From Armatimonadota bacterium (lineage in GTDB: Bacteria > Armatimonadota > SYMT01), in assembly GCA_041690135.1 (NCBI GenBank), contig JAWLHY010000002.1, positions 384,001-448,000 on the forward strand: a stretch of 64,000 bases of DNA, given 5' to 3'. Below, in pieces: positions 58,101 to 64,000 of the stretch. The translations under genes and the position numbers were made by a program. The notes under the pieces were generated by a model. It did not search any database and was not told the origin of the DNA. It saw only the letters and a list, made by a program, of their open reading frames with translations. Position 1 is the first letter of the stretch; each line of letters starts with the position of its first letter.

Positions 58101-59338
58101 CGGATCTCCTGATGACGGGAGCCGTCCACCGGCATCGCCAGGTACGGTCTCCCCAGGGGGTCGGCCTCGAGGTGCGGAACGAAAAAGGCGGGAGCAGGAT
58201 CGGGGGCGGGATGGGAGCGCGTCCACTGCAGATTGCCGAGTAGGTCGTAGTGGTTGAGCGTGTAAGTGTAGGTGCCGTTGTCGCCGGTGCTTCCGGCAAT
58301 GGTAACGTCTCCGTTCCGATCGACGGTCAGGTCCGAGGGGAAGGTATCGGCATTCGGTGGGGCGGAGTAATCGCGCCGCCAGAGCTGGTTTCCCTCGCGA
58401 TCGTAGCGGAAGGTCACCCAGAAGCTGCGGAAACCTTCGGTCCGGGACGTTCCGGTAACCACGACGCCGCCGGTAGGAGCGGCCACGATCTTCCGCGGGA
58501 CGTCCTGGATGTTCGGTCCCCCGTTGAACGTGCGCTCCCAGGCGAGGCCGCCGTTCACCCCGTACCGCAGCGTCACGAAATCGTAATTGCCGGCGAGGGA
58601 GGTCGACCAGACCGACACATAGGGCCCCTCGTCCTGCGCGTCCAGCACGAGACCCACGGTCCGCTCCACCAGGCGGTCGGGCGCCTGGTAATGCTCTTCC
58701 CAGAGAAAAGCCCCCTCCGGATCGTACTTCAGGAGCGCCACGTCGCTGCCGGCCGTCCCACTAGTCGCCGCGTAGACATAGATATCGCCCGCTGAATCGA
58801 TCTTTAGATCTCCCGCGGTCTGAAAGGGTCGCTGGGCGTCCGTGCGCCGGACCGTCCAGACGGGTTGGCCCTGCCGGTCGTACTTGAGCAGCACCAGGTC
58901 TCTTCGGCCCGCAGCAGCCGAGTGGCCCAGCACGTAAACGTTCCCTTCTCGGTCCAGCTCCAGGGCTACGGGCGAGTCGTCCAGGTTCTCCGGGCCGTTA
59001 TAGCGGTTAACGGAGAACGGAATGCCGGCCTCGTAGTACAGGGTGGCGATGTCCTTTCCGGTCCCCGCACCCTGCGAGGTGCCGGTCACCCACACGCGCC
59101 CACACCGGTCCACCCGGAGAGCGACGGCTTCGTCAATGCCGCGTGCTGCGCCGTCGTACGCGTGCCACCAGGCAAGGACCGGTGGTTCCGCACTGGCCTG
59201 CGTGGCACGCGTCGCAAGAAGCAGCAGGGCTCCCATTCCCAACAGAACGATTAACCTCAGCGTCGATGCGGAGAACACGGTAGCGGCTCCAGTTCCACCC
59301 ATGAACCCCACAGCCACGGCCGGGTGAGGGGAGGTCAT
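55148..59338 (-). CDS. Large secreted multidomain protein: SBBP-like beta-propeller, lipase-like alpha/beta domain, Ig-like, FN3, C-terminal Ig/choice-of-anchor-D-like domain
   Basis: Repeated D..G..YV.G.S..D...LKYD..G...W; VLLVHG, THSYGG, LITIGATHRG; PSAPTGL..LAWTD..YEYRVRATN; LSFGKV..SSDP. Start uncertain. Confidence 0.8.
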   Translation of the reverse strand: MTSPHPAVAVGFMGGTGAATVFSASTLRLIVLLGMGALLLLATRATQASAEPPVLAWWHAYDGAARGIDEAVALRVDRCGRVWVTGTSQGAGTGKDIATLYYEAGIPFSVNRYNGPENLDDSPVALELDREGNVYVLGHSAAAGRRDLVLLKYDRQGQPVWTVRRTDAQRPFQTAGDLKIDSAGDIYVYAATSGTAGSDVALLKYDPEGAFLWEEHYQAPDRLVERTVGLVLDAQDEGPYVSVWSTSLAGNYDFVTLRYGVNGGLAWERTFNGGPNIQDVPRKIVAAPTGGVVVTGTSRTEGFRSFWVTFRYDREGNQLWRRDYSAPPNADTFPSDLTVDRNGDVTIAGSTGDNGTYTYTLNHYDLLGNLQWTRSHPAPDPAPAFFVPHLEADPLGRPYLAMPVDGSRHQEIRVVAYDLAGEERWQRQFGDSKYSGVRLRDLAVDGAGSVYFAGGGAGLPNSEDFLTVKYDAAFPRPEVELYDASFPAADPVRLPAASVDYSLLGSELWPHLGRSVSRIAADGVTLLLVRVPLPEGVAGDVHMSVGAAGADDPGSLWNLEDLGLYDLSESGGQRDGQGRGPQELHVPVRVIEGKLWAFALYRAPRDFARNTNLQHHETRDVTLRVCVPGRLGEGFDSLLYKEITVVRPLVLLVHGTFSSPDTWWSFPLFRQSGNDLNRYQVAGGKPFNVGRLSFASVDGAAGGAVKTARELLPQFTRTIRQWARLREVAATQADVVTHSYGGVVTRVAAQLQSQPIASANEETGFRTLENWGHGPIHKLITIGATHRGAAIVNHCAAANRRSSGKIGVFAGWGALRFDRGAMRDQFVTTGAAGLLRTATPFPGHAIVGSGLVEYAESPEYTFFQLLHWYDDEDGPYRGAGESFRSGNDNFAGIRRLTNYVFNMDYNVDQAPGELAPNYDLTLGSRSAIGGLPAGAYSERTQIGVLAGRLTHLQQTGDLQVSNRVEFLLNQATTSSFFAPFPAFDPTLSTAERRLAELAEPGDLNIRPFGSAGKDGPTLSTDAAEGLVAVGQSVRVSVSWPGKTIDGMLLLWPTRGGTASARIGGKAPALDLVVEAIPSGRFALAASVRAEDGEVREALLELTLQDSTPYTALTVVPERLTLDSGYPAPLAVYGQLPGGEWREVTRSSATQVVSQNPGIAAVSSDVSVRPVSAGNTAVTVTVAGAGSVQVPVSVTAAPPEAPSAPTGLAATVLSPTAVSLAWTDTSTTKDSFEIERRANDGSFLLVAVTGANTTTFNDTGLSELTRYEYRVRATNAGGDSAYAGPSVAETGATPGGKLVVAKKLSFGKVRVGTVREKKLLLRNVDRRASLTVKLGPVSGAGFTLSGGGTQVIPPRGRLQVPVQYSATEKGRATGTLSVRSSDPRKTRVEVQLLATAR

Positions 59339-59447
59339 CTTCAGGGCGCGCTATTTTTCAAAGAAAGATGCCGCCCGGAGTGCCGTTTCGGGAGAGGTTC
59401 ACTCCGTGGGCGCAGATTACCTGCCTGGAGTACGTTCTGGAGATCGT

Positions 59448-60911
59448 CTATTCGATGGACCTTCCAGCAGGGTAGTCCGCGCCGGTCAGGCTTCTCCGGC
59501 AGGAAGCCCGCCATGTTTCGAGCCGCTCCCGCATCCGCTCCACCCGCTCCGGCATCTGCGGGGCCAGATCCCGCTCTTCACCGGGGTCGGCGGGGAGGTC
59601 GAACAACTGGAGCCGGTCGAGGGTCTTCTCCCGCCCGCGCCCTGCCAGCGTGGCGACCAGCTTGTACCGGTCTTCCAGCCAGGCGACCGTTGCACCGTTT
59701 TCAAAGCTGATGGGACGGTTCCGCTCTCGTCGGCGGTCTTCCAGCAGGGGGCGCAGGCTCATTCCGTCCTGTGGGCGCACCGCCGGCTCTGGAAGGCCCA
59801 GGTAATCGAGCACGGTGGGGAGGGTGTCCTGCGTCGCGCAGGGCGCGGCTACCGTCTTCGGCTGGGGGAAGCGGTCCGGCCACTCCAGCAGCCCGGGCAC
59901 CCGGATGCCGCCTTCCCACAGGTCCCGCTTGCGACCCTTGAACGGTCCCGATGATCCGGGGTCCACCCCGGCACGCCCTTCGGGACCGTTGTCGCTGCAG
60001 AACCAGAGCATGGTGTTTCCCGCGACGCCCAGGGTGCGGAGTTCCCGGCGCAGGCGACCGACCTGCTCGTCCAGCGCGGTGATGCAGCCGTAGTAGTGCT
60101 GCTCGTATCGGGAGGCGCCGGGGTAGAGCTTCGTGTGCTCGGGCCCTGCCACCACCGGCCAGTGCGGCGCGTGGAACCAGACAACCGCCAGGAACGGCTG
60201 GCCGGCGCGGGCACTCTCCCGAATGAACGGCAGCGCGCGGTCGGTGAGGATCCGAGAGTCGTCACCCGGCAGCGGCTCCGCCACCTTGCCCGCTTCCGTC
60301 CAGTAGGCGGTCCCGTAGACCTCCGCCTGGGCCGGGTCGGCGACCGGGTCCCACCACTTGTTTCCGGCGTTCTTGGGCTTCAGGTAAGGGTCCCAGGTCG
60401 GGACCTTCGACTCGGTGGAGAAGCAGGTGTCGAAGCCGTGCTCCCAGGGCGGCGCATAGTCCGCCGCTCCCCGCGGGCCACCCCGGTTGGCGTCCTTCTC
60501 CGTCCGGGTCAGCGTGCCGACATGCCACTTCCCGAAATGACCGGTCCGGTAGCCGCGCTGCCGCAGGATCTCCGCCAGCGTGACCTCCGGCGCCCGCAGG
60601 TGTCCCGAGTTCGCCCCGAAGATGCCGTAGCGGTACGGGTGCCGCCCCGTGAGCACGCTCCCGCGCGTGGGCGAGCAAACCGTCGGCGCGTAGAACCGGT
60701 CGAACCGCACCCCGGAGCGGGCCATCGCGTCCAGGTGCGGCGTCTTCAAGACCGGGTGGCCGTTGTATCCCACGTCGCCCCAGCCCAGGTCATCCGCCAT
60801 CACCAGGACTACGTTCGGTGCTGCGTGCTTCTTCTTCTGTCCCGCTGCAGAAGCGCAGCTCAGAGCGGCCGCAACCAGGATTACGAGGGTCAGGACTATC
60901 GTGCGCACCAT
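59448..60911 (-). CDS. Formylglycine-dependent sulfatase
   Basis: PNVVLVMADDLGWGD, CSPTR...LTG, GKWH, SDNG, EGGIRVP; signal peptide. Confidence 0.93.
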   Translation of the reverse strand: MVRTIVLTLVILVAAALSCASAAGQKKKHAAPNVVLVMADDLGWGDVGYNGHPVLKTPHLDAMARSGVRFDRFYAPTVCSPTRGSVLTGRHPYRYGIFGANSGHLRAPEVTLAEILRQRGYRTGHFGKWHVGTLTRTEKDANRGGPRGAADYAPPWEHGFDTCFSTESKVPTWDPYLKPKNAGNKWWDPVADPAQAEVYGTAYWTEAGKVAEPLPGDDSRILTDRALPFIRESARAGQPFLAVVWFHAPHWPVVAGPEHTKLYPGASRYEQHYYGCITALDEQVGRLRRELRTLGVAGNTMLWFCSDNGPEGRAGVDPGSSGPFKGRKRDLWEGGIRVPGLLEWPDRFPQPKTVAAPCATQDTLPTVLDYLGLPEPAVRPQDGMSLRPLLEDRRRERNRPISFENGATVAWLEDRYKLVATLAGRGREKTLDRLQLFDLPADPGEERDLAPQMPERVERMRERLETWRASCRRSLTGADYPAGRSIE

Positions 60912-61321
60912 CACATCCCTCCAGGCCGGTTCACGGCACACCCCGCTCTGGTTTCTCTTTCGTAATCGTCCCCCGTTGTGCCTTCTTCGGGTGGGCGAAG
61001 GAGTGCTGCCGACTCGTGAACCCACCTTGGCACATCGTCAATTCCGATCCGTCCAACGCTCCCACCGGATCCAACACGGGTTCCGATCAACACCAGTCGA
61101 GGCGGTGGCCGGAGAGCAGGATCCTGGGCAACTGCGGCTTTGCACTCGCTCATCAAGTCCATCAGAGGGCAAGTACAGCCCTAACTCCGCCGGGTGTACG
61201 GTTGCCCCTACATTTCTCCTTACCGTTACCCCGCCGCCAGTCCGCACACTGCAACCGCTGAGGTTTTCTCCGTGTCCATCCGCCCGATCCGTGCCATCCG
61301 TGTCTCAAGCTGAAACACAGC

Positions 61322-61350
61322 AAAAAGCCCGGGCCAAACGGCCCGGGCTT
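61322..61350 (-). terminator. Intrinsic terminator of the PQQ-propeller operon
   Basis: Minus strand AAGCCCGGGCC-gttt-GGCCCGGGC-TTTTT. Confidence 0.8.
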
Positions 61351-61363
61351 CGGTCACGCAGCG

Positions 61364-61405
61364 GAAATTTGCAATTTGCAATTTTCAATTGTCAGTTTGC
61401 AATCT
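61364..61405. repeat. AT-rich heptamer array (third copy of the CAATT family)
   Basis: gaaattt gcaattt gcaattt tcaattg tcagttt gcaatct. Confidence 0.8.
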
Positions 61406-61433
61406 CCGGAATCGCCGCAATCCCCCTGGCAAC

Positions 61434-62978
61434 TTACTTACCGATTGCGTAGAGGTGCGTCGGGGTGGCGACGTACAGGACGCCGTTGGCAACTACCGGT
61501 GACGAGTAGATCGGCGCGCGGAAGTCGATCTTGCCGATCTCTTTCAGCGTCTTGTCGGCGGCCAGCATCACGAAGTCGCCATCCTCGGTGCCGACCATCA
61601 CCTTGCCGTCCGCCACCAGCGTGGAGGACCAGATGTGGCTCTTGGTGTCGTACTTCCAGTGCTGCTTGCCCGTCTCCGCGTCCATGCAGTAGATGAAGCC
61701 GCTGAAGTCCGCCACGTAGAGGAGACCGTTGTGGATGGACGGCGTGGACAGCGAGCGGTTGATGCCGTTGAAGCGCCAGATGGTGCCGTTCTTCGTGATG
61801 TCGCCCGTCTTGCTGGCGTCGATGCAGACGAAGCTGCCGACCCCCTCGCCGTGCTCGGGGTCCTGCCCGATGGGGACATAGACGCGGTTCTTGTAGAACA
61901 CGGGGGTGGCGATCACTTCGCTGGGGCCTTCCGGCGTGGCGTACTTGATCGGCTTGCCGTCCTTCATCCGGTACTCGGCGGGGTTGCAGTCGTAGCGGAA
62001 CAGCTCCTTGAAGATGTTGATCCCGTCCTCGGCAGCCACCGGCTTCGTGTCGTAGCCGTAGCAGATCCCGTCGCCGCCGCCGAAGATGATCATCTCCTGG
62101 TTGCCGACCTTGCCGAAGGCGGCGGAGGACCAGTTGGAGTGGAGGGTCTTCGCGGAGACGCCCGAGGACTCTTCCGCCAGCAGCTCGCCGGTGTTCTTGT
62201 TGAGCATGCAGAGGGCGGGAGCGCGCGGGTTGGGGATGGTGGTGTGGGTCCAGTCCACGCCATTGGAGGTGGTCACCACGAGCTTGTCGCCGAAGATCAG
62301 CGGGCCGCAGTTGGTGATGTTGTGCGGGAAGACGCCCAGCTCTTCGCGCATGTCGAAGCGCCAGATGATGTCGGCCTGCAGCGGGCCGGCGGGCACCGGG
62401 GGCTTGCCGGGCTCGGCGAGATACTTGGCCTCGTCCTTGAACGGGCCGTCGTTGCCGTTCGCCAGGCCTTCCACATCGAGACACATCGCCTCGCAGCGGT
62501 TGGTGACGATGTAGACGCGGTTCCCCTCCACGGCGGGGGAGGAGCAGATGCCCAGGAACTCCCAGTCGGAGACCTTGCCAGTGCCGAGCTTGGGCGCGGT
62601 GAGCTGCCAGAGAAGCTTGCCGGTCTTCTCATCCAGGCACATCAGCACGCCGCGGTCCCCCTGGATGGCGGGGTCGCGGGGCGTCTCGTTGTTGGTGCCG
62701 ACGAACACTTTGCCGCCGGAGACGGCGGGGTTGCCGTAGGTCTGCGAGCCGAGCTTGGCCACCCACTTCACGTTCTTGGTGGTGGCCATGTCGATCTCTT
62801 CGGTGTTGCCCTTGTAGCGGCCCACGTCCCAGGTGGCTGGGAAGCCGGTGCCGTCGCTGACCATGTTGCGGGAGGAAGTACCCCCCCACATCGGCCAGTC
62901 GGCGGCCATCCCGACCATCGGCACGGCCGCCAGCGAGAGCGCCGAGGCCGCGTAGATATGGCGGATCTTGCGTTGCAT
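61434..62978 (-). CDS. PQQ-like beta-propeller repeat protein (BamB-like, secreted)
   Basis: DWPMWGG..RN, YGNPAV..GKVFVGTNN, repeated S.P...G..Y..D..TG...W units. Confidence 0.88.
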   Translation of the reverse strand: MQRKIRHIYAASALSLAAVPMVGMAADWPMWGGTSSRNMVSDGTGFPATWDVGRYKGNTEEIDMATTKNVKWVAKLGSQTYGNPAVSGGKVFVGTNNETPRDPAIQGDRGVLMCLDEKTGKLLWQLTAPKLGTGKVSDWEFLGICSSPAVEGNRVYIVTNRCEAMCLDVEGLANGNDGPFKDEAKYLAEPGKPPVPAGPLQADIIWRFDMREELGVFPHNITNCGPLIFGDKLVVTTSNGVDWTHTTIPNPRAPALCMLNKNTGELLAEESSGVSAKTLHSNWSSAAFGKVGNQEMIIFGGGDGICYGYDTKPVAAEDGINIFKELFRYDCNPAEYRMKDGKPIKYATPEGPSEVIATPVFYKNRVYVPIGQDPEHGEGVGSFVCIDASKTGDITKNGTIWRFNGINRSLSTPSIHNGLLYVADFSGFIYCMDAETGKQHWKYDTKSHIWSSTLVADGKVMVGTEDGDFVMLAADKTLKEIGKIDFRAPIYSSPVVANGVLYVATPTHLYAIGK

Positions 62979-63055
62979 TCTGGGTTACCTCGTACTGGTC
63001 CAGGAGGAGAAGCGGAAATGCCGGGGGAGCGGTGCGTCGCTCCCCCGGCCCGAAA

Positions 63056-64000
63056 TTACGAATTCGGGGTAATCGACAGGTTGTCGATGTAGACCCGGAA
63101 CAGGTTGTTCGGCGTGAACCCGAAGAGGCCCGGCGCCCCCTCGGTGTGGGCCTGCTTGTGCTCGACCTCAACGTTCCAGGCAGCGGGCTCGGCTTCGCCC
63201 TTCTTCCACGCCTTGGCCCGCACGATCCCGGAGCCGTCCGGCTTCGTGTCCACGCGCATCTTCAGGCGATACCAGGTCTTGGGCGTCCAGGCGAACTTGG
63301 CGGACTGCTTGATGCGCTCCTGGTTGGAGCTGATCTCGATCTCCTGCGCGTTGCCGAGGAGTTGGACCATATACCGCTGGTTGATCAGGCCCACGGTAGA
63401 CATCGTGCGCCGGTTGCCGTCCGTGCGCACATCCGCCTCGATCGTGTAGTTCTTCTCCGTGGGGTGGCCGAGAAAGACGGTCGACCGCTGGAAGAACTGG
63501 TTGTCCAGGGTCTTCGCCAGCGCCTTGGTGCCGTCCACGTCGCGGACTTCCCACTTCAGGCGCGCGCCGTTCCAGGGCAGCGGCGGGAAGGCGAACTTCA
63601 CGCCTTCCGTTGCGTGGTCCACCGCCAGGTTGTAGCCCTCGAAGTCTTCCTTCACCGGCGCGGTCTGGAGCACCCGGCCGCGGATGTAACCCTTGAGGCC
63701 GTTCAACGTGGCTTCCCAGGCGCCGGCGGAAGCGGGGGCGCCTGGGGCGGCCATCAGCTCCCCCTTGGCGTTGAAGCTGGCGTTCATCTCCGCGCGCACG
63801 CGGGCCGTCGGCGGGATATACTTCGCCCATTTCGCCTGCGAGGCGTCGAGCCAGCCGGTCGGGATCCCGTTGGCGTCGATTCCGCGGATACGGAACTTCT
63901 GGGGCTGACCCGGCCGCAGCAGGACTTCGGAGGGGATGATCTGCAGCGCCACCGGCTGGCCGGCCTTCGGGTATGCGGGCGTCGGGGCCGGAGCAACCTG
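63056..64000 (-). CDS. C-terminal part of a large secreted protein (probably the PQQ-propeller partner; lectin-like beta-sandwich C-domain), partial at window edge
   Basis: The frame stays open to the window end; high-GC3 codon usage; EDFE..W..KAWKKGEAEP..W..GLFG..YIDNL pattern. Confidence 0.7.
   Translation of the reverse strand, partial: QVAPAPTPAYPKAGQPVALQIIPSEVLLRPGQPQKFRIRGIDANGIPTGWLDASQAKWAKYIPPTARVRAEMNASFNAKGELMAAPGAPASAGAWEATLNGLKGYIRGRVLQTAPVKEDFEGYNLAVDHATEGVKFAFPPLPWNGARLKWEVRDVDGTKALAKTLDNQFFQRSTVFLGHPTEKNYTIEADVRTDGNRRTMSTVGLINQRYMVQLLGNAQEIEISSNQERIKQSAKFAWTPKTWYRLKMRVDTKPDGSGIVRAKAWKKGEAEPAAWNVEVEHKQAHTEGAPGLFGFTPNNLFRVYIDNLSITPNS

Overview
High-GC bacterial chromosomal window. 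Its gene content (PEP-CTERM protein, DUF1549/DUF1553 + DUF1501 pair, prepilin-type DUF1559 protein, PQQ-like propellers, sulfatase) suggests Armatimonadota or a PVC-like lineage; this is inference, not a database result. It carries housekeeping genes (tyrS, hisS, pyrK-pyrD, ygfZ), an assimilatory nitrate/nitrite cluster (narK-type transporter, diaphorase, nasA, nirB, nirD), a higBA toxin-antitoxin pair, secreted hydrolases and many hypotheticals. No rRNA, tRNA, CRISPR array or transposase was recognised. The most interesting signals are non-coding. (1) An unannotated, apparently leaderless 31-aa His-rich leader peptide with terminator/antiterminator geometry lies upstream of hisS, a candidate histidine attenuator. 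(2) Two near-duplicate nitrogen promoters carry a GlnR-like box, and each is followed by an ANTAR-type dual hairpin overlapping a terminator. (3) An AT-rich heptamer palindrome is inserted in frame into a protein-coding gene and has intergenic relatives. (4) Several families of short intergenic repeats and REP-like pairs occur, one enclosing a synonymous-variant copy of the adjacent gene's 3' end. All calls come from manual motif reading; no searches were run.
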